A stretch of 64,000 nucleotides of DNA from Sphagnum compactum (Eukaryota): assembly GCA_965153455.1 (NCBI GenBank), contig OZ234494.1:10540001-10604000 (forward strand). The letters run 5' to 3'. The position numbers were made by a program, and so were the translations under genes. This document shows, piece by piece, positions 24,773 through 38,227 of the stretch (position 1 is its first letter; each line of letters opens with the position of its first letter). The notes beneath the pieces were generated by a model. It made no database searches. It was given only the letters and a program-made list of their open reading frames with translations, and had not been told where the DNA came from.

Positions 24773-27700
24773 TCACGCTGCAGGTTCATCGAATTCAGTG
24801 TTGTCTCTCAGAAATTCCCAAGGTCCCGCAGCAGTGCCAACCCTACATATTTTGCATAGAGCACATCAGTGAGCATTAAGAAGGTTGCTGTTCCTAAAAG
24901 CAATTTCTACTCAACAAGATCTGAAGGGCATAGCAATCAATCCTTCTACTCACAAAGTAACATCCAAAGAGATCCAGACAGGAAGCCTAGAAACTTGCAG
25001 AAAGATTAGCAAATTACCTCCAAATCCCGACTGTTAGGCGAAGGCTCATAAAGAGTGTTAGACCCACCCATACTGCCATTAGGCCCCATATGTGTGGAAA
25101 TATCAGCAAAAATGCAGCTGATGGTACAGAGAGAAGCATCTTCACAACAACCAACAAAATATACTGTCAGAATATATTTCTCAACTGCTCATCATCCTTC
25201 AGCACTCTCCTTTTTCCAAAAACTCGCTTACAGGGTACAAGAACTTTCTACCGTTAGTGTTTGATAGTTCTACTTCCCCTCTATGTGATGTCAAAGTCCT
25301 TTGATCCTCTCCACCAAGGACTTGACATCACACGCGGTCACAGAACTCCAATTTAAATAAGTCAGGATTTCAAGATCCTGAGAATTTTGGCCACTGTATT
25401 CAGATGTTTCTGTGGTCTACATAGACAGCCTTTTCTTGCATCTTTCACCTTTTCTGTAGTGACCTTCCATTGGGTTTTGACACTGAATTCCAGATACAAA
25501 TAAACTCTCCTGGTTTGTTTGACCTCTGAGATACTAGATTCAACCCAAATCAAATTCATGAAAAAATCCCACATGTCTGTAGACATTCTTTCACTCTCAT
25601 ATACTGGTCAGGAAGAAATGACAAGGTTACAGAAAAGTTCATGCTTACACACCATAGAATAAGCTGCATATGCAAAGTCTGAAGCTCCATAGTGAAGACC
25701 ATCGAAAACAAAGGCCAAAGAATTGATTGGTTGTGTAGCAGCCACAAACTGCAAGAAAGAATAAAAGTTAAAATGATCTTCAACCTTCAATGCAGCTGCA
25801 AAATAATATACATAAAGCACCTCAGCCAAAAAGTGAGCACAATACAACCTTAGTGAAAGACAAGTCAAACTCATGCACAATATAAAGGAGAACAAGGATG
25901 CAAGAATACAAGGAAAAGAAAAGACCAACAAGAACCCTCATCTGAATCAACAAGTTGCAAGAGTCTTGCAAGCAGCTTAGATGCCTAGTAAAACATATAT
26001 CCATTTCAACTTCCAAGCTGGCCTAGCATTAGCCAAATGCTAGGACTCCCACTGACTTTGTCAAGAGCTGATGAGTAGAGTGCACTGCAAATCATATCTA
26101 TAGGATTGCAGAGAAAACTTCAGAACAACACTTTTGAAGGTACAATGACAATAAGTGCAGTCATAACCTTATGAGAGTTGCTCAAAAAGTGTCAGACCTT
26201 CACATTCATCACAAATAGCATTGATGAGCTGCCATGACTACCCACAGACTTCATCAGCTCTGGACAGTGGGTGTAAATAAATATATCATAAATCTGCCAA
26301 ATTTTTTGGGTAAACCATTATACAAAATCTGGGTCTTGAATTTCTATTGCATTTCCAGAAGCAGCAGGGAGACCCAGTCATGATGGTGGGTAGCACTAAA
26401 GAGCGATAGTTAATAAAAAAAGACAATAGTGACAATCAAAATGCTTGTGCAGGGGACACCATTAGAACTCTGAATTGACATCTGAATATTCAGCACCACA
26501 CTGCCCATTTGAATGCTGAAAAGATTGCATAATGACATCAGAATATCAGGACAAAACTCAATCTGGAGAATGGATAGAGCAGGAGCAACAACATACTGGA
26601 ATGAGGTTTGACATGACAAGCAAAACGCCAGCATCTGCGCTAAACAATCTGGAGACAGCAGGCATTCCCAGCCCCAAGAGTAGAGCCATGAATATCCCAA
26701 ATAAGAGTCCAATCTGCACAACAAGATTCCAGGGTCCTTCAAAACAAGTTTGCATGATCTCATCCTACCCTAGTAACAAGAACTCTGATATGTAAATCAA
26801 GTGGGGTCCCTTCAAGTAACATCCAGAAAAGATGATAACCCACTGTATCAACAACACACATTGGAGAAGCACTGCATTACTTACAAGCAAAGAACGAGTG
26901 GAGTCTGAGAATGGATATGAATAAACTATAGCTGACTAGAATATGCATCAATGCAATTGCAGGGACAACTACATAAAAGTAGTTTGATTGTAACTGTTGG
27001 GTCAGTTCTGACCAAATCAAAATGAATATAATGACTAGCTGCCTGTACTCCTGCCTGACTTCATCACCCCCTAACAGTGGGGTGTAGGTATGTACATAGT
27101 AATCTGCTCAGAGCTAAGGACAAAAATAAAATAAAAATCTGTGTCATGAGTTTCTACTACATTCCAGATGTTATAAGAAGACTTAGATATGATGTCAGCT
27201 AGCACTGTCAATTACCAGAAGTACACATATGCAAGCAAGTATTGAAGACATCACCTGTAGGACCCGAAAAGATGCCTCCTTAACACGCTTGTATTGCTGT
27301 TTGGCAAAGGCACTAGCAATAATTGCCTGATTTTTTTGTCATAAGCAAAGGAATTAGAAAATGAATACTCTATGCCCCAAGTGATGCTCCATCAGCTTCA
27401 GTATCAGAGCATGCCTGTCTCTATTGATAAAAGACTCAATGCCATAGTCAAGACAAGTGAGGTGAGAAAATCATCATTTATGATTCCTTCAAATACCTAG
27501 TTGAGACATGGAAGGCACATGAATCAGAAGTACCACTGAAGCATAAGTGTTAAGTGCTCTGTTGCTATGCTGCCTGTGTCTGCTTACTAATCACAGCTAG
27601 TATGAAGGTAAATCTAATCCACAAAAAAATTGCAGGACATAAAGTTGTGCCAAACACACCTGCCCAGCAAGAGCCAGTGAATCTGAGAGTAGAGATGCTG

Positions 27701-30592
27701 CCAACCAAATTTGCATGCAAATCTGATGACCAGCCATGGAAATAGGCCCTTGTCTCGCTGCCATGGATGTTGCAAGTGTCATAACAAAGAGTACTGCAAT
27801 TGTTCTCCCCAGCAGGTACCCACCTTGACAATCAACCCCAAGAATTGAAAATGAATCAGACTTTTCAAAACTACTGACCTAAGAACAGACATGCTCACAA
27901 ATCTTGCCAGGGAAATTGTACTAAGACTCAGTGGATGATCTGGAGGTGTAGTCCATCCATAATCAAACACAAAAAACGCAGAAGCAAAAACCAAATAATG
28001 AACTCCAGTAGTTTGCCTGCAACCCTACTTACTCCATAGTGTTCCCCATGGTTAGTTCAACTTTCCAAGACAAATTCACTTGCATTCTAAGACCTACACA
28101 AAATTAAAGGTAGCATGTACTTACCAGATTTCAGAAAATGGTTAAACCGTAGATCACTGAAATGAGAAGGCAAAAGGGTGACCTTTTGACTTAATTTCCA
28201 AAGAAGCAAGCCCAGGATAATGTACCTGCCACTCCCCAAAAAAATCTGCATTAATGAACTGATTGACTCAATTACTGGAATCAACAGAGGGAATATGACA
28301 ACCATTGAACAAACAAAGGTTTATCACTTACTGTGCTAGAACAGTTGCAACTGCTGCCCCACTTACTCCAAACCTCAATGCAAACATGAGGATGGGGTCC
28401 AAAACAATGTTGACTAAATTTCCCCACACTGCAAGTGCAACAAAGAACAACAGTAAAGGTCAGTAACAGTGCCAGAAAACAAGTACGCAAGAACTGCCCA
28501 AGGCCACATCCCTCAAATTTTGGTCCCCTCACTTTGTTGTGGCAAAACTACCATACTTACAATTGGCATATAGTGGTGTTTTGGTGTCTTTGAACCCCCG
28601 AAACACACCCTGTATAGTGAGGGCGACCACCACAGCTGGAGCACCAATGGCACGCCATGCCAAATACTGAACAGCTGGCACGTGCATTGGTGATTTCTGC
28701 ATTTCCAACATAACTTCCACTAGGTCAACACAACCTCTTCGCCTGTGGTCTTCTCATCAACGTATATCTCTTCTACACCCTGTTTGCAAACCTTTAATGC
28801 TTCCAAGAAGGCAAATCCTTATGTTGACATGATAACATCAGCACATTGTGTTTGTCTGATTCCAGATGGATATCAGACCAGACTATTGCAAATGATCAGT
28901 GTAATCTACAAAGAAGCAAAAATCTAGTTACAATCTTCTTGTCTTTAGGGACTTACTGATCCTACACCCATGATGGTCAGAATAGGTCCTGCCAAAAATC
29001 CCAAGGCAAGCGCTTCCACCAACCCAAGTACAGATCCAAGGACCAATGCCGATGACACTGATGGGAGGAGAGGTTTCTCTGGACTTTTGCTTTGTAAGTT
29101 CGACCCTTCCTGTTCACCATTCCCTGAGAAATCCTGAAGACTGCAGCATTAGACTGGGAAATGCCCATGCACAATCTCTCAAATCTCACTAAGAACCCAG
29201 AAGACAGAGCATCTACATAAACATGCCCTCAGCAGCAATGGGGTCCCAAGAGGAAATCTATTTGCACAAGAGTGCAGCAGGTAATAGCTGGAGAACATTC
29301 CAACCTCAAGGTAGTTTACCTTCCATGAAAAGCAAAGTGGCAGAAGTTGGTGAGGTGGGCTCCAAAGGTACCTCAGTAACATCACTAGGTATTTCTTTAT
29401 CAGAGGCATCTTCTGCCACAAATGATGTTGTGACATTCAGGAGGGGCAGATTGAACATCTTGGAGACAAGGTTGAAAACAGAGATGGAGACACCCACTGC
29501 ACCTTGTTCCACTGGACCTGGAGGAGCAAAACACTTAAAAAAGATTGAGTGCCTTTTTGTAGACACAGAAAATAGAGCAGCACTTCACTCTCATCTCAAT
29601 AGAAGAAAGATTCAATACAACTCAATGATTGCATGTCCACACACCCTTGTAGGGGAGAGACAGAAAATGCAATGAGATATTTGACTTAACGCTTGATCGA
29701 CTAAAAATGCAGCTGAAGAATCAGACAAAAGTCAGATCACAGATCACACCAGAACTGTCTCAGATTTTCCAAGACGATGAGCATTACAAAAAGATGAGAA
29801 AACCAGGAATGCTCAAGGATCAGCAATTGCTCAATTAAAAGGCCTAAAGCACACTCCTCATGTGGCAGTGGGCATACTCTGCATGGCGCAAGCCCCTTAT
29901 GCAACTTAAACAGTGACCACTGGCACCCATAAACTGTTCAAATCTTCTCACTGGAATTGTTAGGTTAGACCATATGCATGACTCCCTGACTCTTGCCCTA
30001 CATTACAACTCTAGCATAAACCAGACACATTCTTCTTGCCTTCAGCAAACTTTGTGAGAGCATACCTATCTGCCCAATGAATGCAGTGTCCACCAATGAG
30101 GCAAGAGGATCAGCTGCTAATGCAACTATTGCTGGCAAGGCAATAACTGCAATCTCGCGACCAAGTTCATCTCCCATCAATGCAGAGCTGAGAAAGACAT
30201 CAGAAAATATTAAGAGGATGTAAACAAGACAGCCTAAACTCTCCTTTGACAATACCATACAGACTGAAAAACAAAATTCAATCATGAAAGAGCTATCACA
30301 GCCATACACACATACAGATTGCAAAAAAATGAAGTCATATAGAATAAGAGCAATCTCTCGGCAGTCTCCAAGAAGCCAAAGCACAAAGTTGAAAGAAATT
30401 GATCAAAGGTGAGAGTAAGCAAGACTCAATTCCCTCATCAATGCATCAGAAAACCTCCTTAGCCCAGGGAATTTACCTGAAATCCTCAAAGAAACCTCGT
30501 AGTGGATGTCCTTTCTTGGCGACAAGATATCTTTCATTTTCACTTGCAGATCTCAAGCTTAATCCCATGACTGTGGCGATCTTTGGATCCAT
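24773..30592 (-). CDS. MATE efflux transporter, FRD3/DTX42-47 clade (DTX44-like), 525 aa, 13 exons
   Basis: Exons 30592-30477, 30187-30066, 29517-29320, 29123-28957, 28696-28561, 28428-28332, 28225-28125, 27823-27660, 27326-27255, 26713-26597, 25748-25653, 25139-25018, 24842-24773; all introns GT-AG; total 1578 nt. Motifs IALPAIVALAADPLASLVDTAFIG, PLLNVTTSFVAED, QGVFRGFKDTKTPL, MAGHQICMQIWL, QPINSLAFVFDGLHYGASDF, GTAAGPWEFL. Confidence 0.92.
26048..26271. mobile_element. MITE-like element in MATE intron 10
   Basis: TGTCAAGAGCTGATGA (26059-26074) versus TCATCAGCTCTGGACA (26251-26266) is a 15/16 inverted match, with outer CCCAC/GTGGG. Confidence 0.55.
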
Positions 30593-31692
30593 CAAGTCTT
30601 CCGTCGCGCCTCCGCCTCCGCCTCCGATAGTATTGTGAACGAATCTCTTACACCGTTAGCGAGAGTTTTCTGAATCGGATGACGTGATCTTTCTTCACAA
30701 AACTTCCAACGAACGCTATCTATCAAGTTTTCCCCGTTCCTAGTAAGAACAAGAACAAGATATCTAAATTATGCGCCCAACAACAACGCCTCTGAAATGC
30801 TTCAAGTAAATCTCTATGTACACGAGAGAATAATTTTGCCACAATTAATCTCTCCAGTCACTGATGTTCCCCCAAGAAATCTACTAGAATAGCCTGCAAA
30901 TTGGACCAAATCGAGCTAGTAACAGATGGAATGAAAGCTACTGAGCTTGGAAAAGCCAACAAGGCAATCGAAAACTGTTCCGAGCAAAAGAGGAAAGCTT
31001 AATGAAACCCTTGCGTAATCCACAAGACACAAAAGGGGGCAAAGAAACACACACAAACAAAAGAACTCACCTCCCGAGAGAGCGATGATGACTAGTAGAG
31101 ACACTCCACGAAGGCAAAGAACAGCAGCAGCAGGAGTGGTCGACGACGAGGAGCAGGAGCAAGAAGAAGAGGAGATGCTTATGAAGAAGACGTCCATTAT
31201 GGTAGCGCGCGCGAGGAGAAACAAAACAAAGCGAAGGCACAAACGCGCACAGGCGGCAACAACAAACAACAACGTCAACAACCAACGCAGGCAACAACGA
31301 GACACACACGAGCAGGGAGGTGGCAACCGAGGAAGGCAGGAAAGAAGAGAAAGGAAGTAGAGACTTTCTTTTCCCCTTTAATGTTCAATTTTTGGACGCG
31401 ACTCTTGTATTTCTTTCCCGTTAATGTTCAATCTTTGGAAGCGCCTCTTGTATTTCTTTTCCCCTTCACCATCTTTGGTTGGCAGCCAGTTCCATCTTTC
31501 TGAAAGAAGAGATGGTTTAAAAAGCTTCAGTTGCCAAACCCCACCCCCCGTCCCCCCCCCAAAATCTGTCAATGAATTTTCCCCCCCCCCAATATCCATT
31601 TTCAAATTCTTATTTGTTTGAGAAGTGCAAGCCCAAGGTTATCAAGTAAATAAAAGGCTCTCCCCTTTTAGGCCTTTAGGATAGGGTAGGTG

Positions 31693-31888
31693 TTTTTTTT
31701 TTAAAGTGCAAAGCTGAAACAAAAGTATGAAAGATGACAATAATAATATCATACAAACAAATGTAATTTGATTATACGGAATTGTAATGCAATAATAGAA
31801 AAGAAAATCTGACGATGTGAAAGTCCGGGATTTGAATCTTGATACCAAGTTCAAAGTATACTTCTCAACCTATTGGGCCGCAGTTCCC
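31693..31888 (-). mobile_element. Possible tRNA-derived SINE (degenerate Pol III A/B boxes, A-rich tail)
   Basis: The minus strand starts GGGAACTGCGGCCCAATAGG (A-box-like) and has GATTCAAATCCC (B-box-like) at about +51, a tRNA-like spacing. An AT-rich body and an A10 run (plus-strand T run 31693-31702) follow. Confidence 0.4.
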
Positions 31889-31931
31889 ATTTTCATGACG
31901 AGTGCCACAAGCTCATTCCCAAGTATTACAT

Positions 31932-32007
31932 TCTATATAGTAAAGGACGTCGTGGTCGTGAAGCTTCGGGATGAAATGAAGCTTTCCATCCATCCATCCA
32001 TCATCCC
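31932..32007 (+). mobile_element. Helitron-like 5' terminus
   Basis: Starts TCTATATAGTAAAGGACGTCGTGGTCGTGAAGCTTCGGGATGAAATGAAGCTTTCCATCC. The same sequence, minus the first ~10 nt, opens the element at 36989, which ends in a Helitron 3' signature. Confidence 0.5.
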
Positions 32008-33651
32008 CTGAATACCCAATGGGTATCACAAAAAAATAGTAATAATTCTTTTTTAAAAATGAAAATTCATTGAGTTTTTACACTATGCAATGGCCTTGGG
32101 TCAAAGCGCTCTTGAAGTAAGAGGCCCTCGAGGGCCCATTATTTTGAGAACACCTCAGCTCTCAGGCGTTACCCTACATATAAAAGAGAGAGACAAAATA
32201 ATACTAATTGTTCAGTGGAACCGACAACCTACCTATGTTCATATAAAACAACATCCTCCGTATTATTATTTGACATGAGAATCAAGGGACAAGAAGAAGA
32301 GTTTTGTACATAGTTTTGAAACGGCTTTCATGTTTTCCATCACTCAATACAAAGCACGGCTTCTTCTTTAGGTATTATATTGAAAGGAGATTGATTCCTA
32401 ATAAGTACGCAACTAGGCTACCGTAACACCTTATCAAACCCCACTTGACAAGGCCCCCCCCGGCCAGATTTTATTTTATTTTCTAAATCTTTATGGGTGC
32501 GGACAGTTCCGTGAGTAAGTAAATTCTTCCTTTCTGAGCATGCAATGATTGGAGTTTTTTTTTTTTTTTGTGATGTCGCATTGGGTGGTGATCATTCCAC
32601 AAGAGATTTAGCATGACTTGAGGGTGATCCCATAAATGGAAGCTTTGGCTTTAATAGTGACGGACAAGTTTTGAGAAAACTGTCAAAAGAATAGAAAAAC
32701 TATATACCCTGGTGAAAATTCCTCTGTGATCGGATGCAACCTGATCCGCATCCAAGAACACTTCCTCTATAACTCCATCCATCCATCCAACCATTCATCC
32801 ATGCTTCTTCCATTATCTCTTTGAGATTATCACATCCAACATAGAGTGTTAAGATTTTTTTGAGATTTTTTTGTTCCCATCAAGTTCCTAATGCATTCCC
32901 CTAACATGTTCCCCAAGTTCCCAATGTGTTCACAACATGTTCCCAATAGCAACTCGCTTAATCCCATATCCTTTGCCCTAAATTCTACCCTCGTAAATCT
33001 ATAATATGTAGCCAGCCCAAACAAGAAGACTACAATATATCTTTTATTTTGGAAAAGGTCCGTAGTTTGATTGAATTTCACTGAGATGGACAAATCAAAG
33101 ATGCCCATCAACAAAGAAATAAAAACGACGTTTGGGGGGTCCCCACAACTAATCAATATGAGTCACATAGAAAGGTGAGGATGAATAGTATACATAGTCA
33201 AGATTACTTACTTATCTCTTTAGCTATTTATTTTAAACTATTGACATATATATTAATTATATAAATTCAACAAAACACCTATATATATATATATATATAT
33301 ATATAAGTGCATGAATTTGACTCAAAAACTAGTTATCCATAAGGGGAGGGCTCTTTCATAATGGAGTTTACCTCATGTGAGATGAGTTTGACTCAGGTTG
33401 ATTTCACCGTCATCTAACTCACCATAAAATGACCATACAAATGCACATAACTCCGACAAGAAAATACCTCCTCTTGCCATAAAGGATTTTAGCAAATTTT
33501 TTTTTACTTATGTAATTTTTTAATTGGTTGAGATAATTTGAATCAACAATTGAGATCATCTACCATAGATGAGATTAAACGATGTGGAGATATGAACCTT
33601 TTAGTAGTGAAAAGTTTTTTAAAAAACATGTTAGGCTCATAAAATTCTCTT

Positions 33652-34790
33652 AGGTGCGATTCACACCTAGTGTTAAATCAATGTCAAGTTGGTGTTAAGA
33701 TTTATTGATTTTTAGGTGCATTCACATATAAAATGTTAGTTAACAATGTTGATGATGTGGCATCCTATGTGGCAAGTGGTGTTAGTTTGGAGCTAACATT
33801 GATGATAAGGCACCATTCAGACTTAGTGTTAACAAAAATTGTTACAAACCCCTTAACAATAATATAGCTATTAGTCAGTTTTTTATAAAAAATTCAATGC
33901 TAGTAATCATTTTTTTAATAGGGCCAAGAAAATAGGACCGTTCAAACAAGAAGCAATGGTACATGACACCCCTTCTTTTGATACCTTTTTTTTTTGACCA
34001 TTCACACCAAAATGACAAAAACTTAAAAAGTTGCCATCGTCTTGTTCTTTTGACAAAGTCCCATCACCATTTCGCCATCTCTCATTTTTTCCCTTTTTTT
34101 ACTTTTGCTTTTGAAATTGCTCTCTTCACTTCTTTGTTGTGCACCTCACCTTTTCAACCTCTTGTGTTGTTTCAAGAAGTTGTTGTGTGTTTCATCTCTT
34201 CAAGCTCCTAACATTGTTAGTTCTTGTTGTGCGCGTCATCTCTTTGAGTTCATATGTTGTTTCAAGTTGTTGGTTGTCAATGTAGTCGCCTCATTTCTTC
34301 GAGCTCATGAAGTTGTTGGTTGTTGTTGTGCGTCTCTTGGAGTTTTTCCTAAAGTTGTCGATTGTAGTTATGCACCTCATCTTTTTATCTTTACCTTTAG
34401 GTATTTTTGTTTCTATTTTGAAGGAATTGCATTTTTTTTTGAACACTATGTATAGGGGAAGGAAGGCTAGGGGAGAAATATTTTATGTGGGTGAAAAATT
34501 GGGAAGGAGGTGGGATCTACCCCCCCCCCCCCCCCCTCTCCTCTTGGACCTTGTGTTTGCTAACATTGAGTTATGGCCTCTCTTTTGTGAAGGTTACTTA
34601 ACATTGCAAAAAAAAATTAAAATTTAGGTTTCAACCTAGATTTAATGTTAATTAACATCAAAGTCACATATGTTTCCACATAGGTACCATGTCACTACCA
34701 TGTCACCACCAATGCTAACTAACATTGCATTTGTGAATGCACCAAAATTCTAAAATTCTTAACATTGACTTACCATCGAATTACCATCAT
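33652..34790. mobile_element. Non-autonomous TIR element with long imperfect inverted ends
   Basis: Left GGTGCATTCACATATAAAATGTTAGTTAACAATG (33715-) versus right ...CAATGCTAACTAACATTGCATTTGTGAATGCACC (-34743). Inverted similarity extends for more than 100 bp. No coding capacity; ends approximate. Confidence 0.55.
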
Positions 34791-36600
34791 CTGAACGGTG
34801 TTTAACTAACATTCAATCTTGTCGAAATCCTATATTTTAGATTTTTTTTCAATGTTAGGTAACTTGAGGCCAAAAATTGGCATTTAATTTCATATTAACT
34901 AACATATACCTACAAGATAATGGGGGTCTAGATCCCACCTCAGTCCCACTTACCACCCACATGAATGATTCCAACCCCTAATTCCCCATTATTTTACACA
35001 TTGTAAATGTTCATAGTTCAAAAAATTCAAAAGACCTCTCATCAACTTTTATTGATCATGAAATGTTTGCATTTTATGTTATTTTGTTGTTATTTTATTG
35101 ATCTTGTTTATTTGTAACCTAAAACAATTTTGTAGTATCATTAGTGACTTTAAAAAATGCAAAGATAATTCAAAATGTTTTCGAGAATATTGTGAGATAT
35201 TTTTTCAAGCCTTCTTCGATTTCTCTAGTTAGTTTGCAATAATCAATTTATCTTCAATATTTGCAAATATCAAGAAAATGTTAATATATTCCAAGGAGTT
35301 CATAGGTTTCTTCCAATATTTTGTTTTTATTTTTGTAGGTGTTTACATGAACTACTACATAATTATTATACGAATAATTGTAATAAAGTTAGTAAATGAT
35401 AGTAGTTCATTTGGACTTAGAAGTAACTTGCATTTGTTTTCCCCCAACATTATTTTCATAAAGACAATAATTCTTAGGGTCCACATTTTCGCCCTTTTAT
35501 AATCGCCATTGTTGTTTTCAACTTTTAGTTTCAAGTCTTAAACCCTGATTATGAGTATTACATCATTTGACATAAACCCTAACCCTAAAAGGACGGTCCA
35601 TATTCAAATCAAATATGAATATGATAATCATAACCATTACCATCCATTACTATAACCATCCATAAATGTCACCATCCGTCATTGGATATGCATATATCAT
35701 TCACAACATCCATAACCTACATTAAATGGTTATGAATATGATAATGATTTAATATATTTAATGTCCCATTCAAATATGAGTAGGATAAAGATGTAAACAT
35801 AATACACACCTATTTGGTTGTGGATAAGGTTAATTATAGAAATTGACACAAAATCCATATATGAATTTATGCATATTAAATGCATGTTTGACAATTATAC
35901 ATATTGATAATTGGGAAAAAATATGACCCACCAATGTTAGGTGGGTATCACAAAAACCCCTAGGCATCACAATGGTATCACTCGGACATTTTAGTATAAT
36001 CCCCTCAAGGTATCACCATGAATGATACCTTGATTGAAAACTGAACTATCGGTTCTCACTTGTGTGAGAACGAGATGTGAGAACCAATGAAAAGAAAAAA
36101 AACCAAATAAATCTGAGAACCGGATGAGGTTTGACCCCTTACCCAAGTCATGGTTTCAAGGTTTAGTTACCATAAAAAATTAACACAAGTAATGAGAAAA
36201 AAGTTATGAACATCAAACTTAATTATGTTTCTATGTAGAATGGAACATTGTTTTACTTACTAGATCTTGTTGATCAATCATGGACCATGGGTTTGAACTT
36301 TGGAGGTACGGTGTTAAGTCAGCCTAATTGATTAGGGTTAAAGAAAGGACACTTTCATCACCAGACCCACATCAAAATTTGTTTGTCAAGACTAATTTGC
36401 CTTGGGAGATGGAAGATCCAAGGGAGGGTTAGTATTTGGTGGTAGGCATTTAATAATGGTAGGCTATTTCAGATGGTAATGATGTTTGAAAAATTTAGTC
36501 GGCAAGTGATGGCCAAGGATCCAAAAGAAAGCAATTGCAATTGTGAAAGAAATTCTAAATGTCAATGAGGACATTGACCTTTTCTTCTAGTGGGGGAAAG

Positions 36601-36988
36601 TGTCACAACCCCACTTTGAAGGAGTGTGAGGATGACATTCACACTCCTGAAATGGGGACTTGAGAGTCCTCCGGGACTCTCAAAAATTCAGAGTTCGATT
36701 GCAAGGGTCAAAACATCTCGCCTTGAGGTGTTCTTCATACTGTTGGAAATATCTTGAAGTGTTGATGTCGAAAATGAGCTCGCATGAGCCATTCAGACAT
36801 CTGCAGCACAAGTTATGGACATAAGAAGGGTCGGGAGTGAAACTGACAGTTTGATTTCCAACCACTAAAAGTCGAGAATCGACCCGACCCCGGTGTGTGC
36901 AGGTGGAGTGCGACACACCGTTGGAAAGCTCTTGAGGAGAGTTACAAATTTGCTTCAGACCTCATTTCAATCGGAGGTCTGAGCAAGG
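36601..36988 (+). mobile_element. LTR-like repeat fragment (begins TGTCACAACCCCACTTTG), truncated
   Basis: Abrupt higher-GC block starting with the canonical TG dinucleotide, ending sharply at the Helitron-like sequence. It resembles an abundant moss LTR-type repeat as I recall it; not checked by search. Confidence 0.45.
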
Positions 36989-37924
36989 AAAGGACGTCGT
37001 GGTCATGAAGCTTCGAGATGAAATGAAGCTTTCCATCTAGATGTCGGGATGAAATGAAGCTTTCCATCCATCCATCCATTCGTCATCCATCCCGTCGTCC
37101 GTCTCGTCATCCATCCAAATAGAACAAATATACATTTTAAAAAACGAAAAAACTAGAAAAAAAATAAAAATAGAAAAACATTTTAACAATTAGAAACTTT
37201 TTGTAAACACTTAAACATGAAACAAAAAGGGAAATACAGTAAAATAATCTTTAAAAAAAATAAAAAAATAGATGACAAAAAATAAGAAACAAAACAAAGA
37301 GCAAAAGAAACAGAAAAAAAACCATACTTAAAAAAAAAAGAGGTTTGTCTTTTTTTTCCAAACTTCAAACCTGCATCTAATCAAACAAAAATAAATTATT
37401 TTTATTATAAAACATATTAGAAACACTAGAATTTTTTGGATAAGGAAATAGAAACTAAATAAATAAATAAACGCATAAAAAAATTAAAAATGAAGATAGA
37501 CAAAATAAGAATAGAAAAAATTAAAACATGAAACAAACATAAACAAAAAAAAGTAAAAACACAAAAACTATAAAAAGGAATGGAAACAAATGAAACAAGG
37601 AAAGGGAAATACAATAAAATCATTTTAAGAGAAAAAAATTACAAAAAAGAAAAAACCAAATAAAGAGTAGAAAATAAGAAAAAATAAAACTTATAATAAT
37701 GAATAAAAACCCTACTTGAAAAAGAATGAAGTGTGTCTTCTTTCTCCAAACTTCAAACTTGCATCCAAATAAACAAAAATACAAAAGTGAAAAAGAAACA
37801 CTTTATTTTTATTATACAAAATAATAATAAAAACAGAAAACACATTAAAAAAAAAAAAACTAAAACATGAACCAAACATTGTTGAAATAACACACCTGTG
37901 CATTAGGCACGGGGTTCAAACTAG
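36989..37924 (+). mobile_element. Non-autonomous Helitron (3' end intact)
   Basis: Subterminal GC hairpin CCTGTGC-attag-GCACGGG (37895-37913), followed 7 nt later by CTAG (37921-37924) and a T. Internally A-rich with duplicated blocks. The 5' part matches 31942-32007. Confidence 0.7.
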
Positions 37925-37938
37925 TTGGGTGTAAAAAA

Positions 37939-38078
37939 TAATACCCTAATTGGTATCATGTTTATTTTAAAATAACAATTGTATATAAATCCAAAATTGG
38001 TGCATAGTAATATCCTAATTGGTATCATGTTTATTTTAAAATAACAATTGTATATTATGAATCCAAAATTGGCATGCA
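37939..38078. repeat. Tandem duplication, 2 x ~69 bp
   Basis: TAATA(C/T)CCTAATTGGTATCATGTTTATTTTAAAATAACAATTGTATAT...ATCCAAAATTGG at 37939 and 38008. Confidence 0.85.
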
Positions 38079-38227
38079 CCTTCCCTTAGAAAGCCTAATG
38101 TAAATCAAAATATAAAAACCTTGGTGTGAACCCCAATTTTCTAATCGCAAAAACCTCCACCTAGATTTGTAGTGTATTTGGAGGAATGGTTTATAGAATG
38201 GAAAACCAAACCTAATTTCCCAAACTG

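Noticed and set aside
31815..31888. Functional tRNA gene
   Set aside because: The stems are broken and there is no clear anticodon arm; kept only as a SINE-like head.
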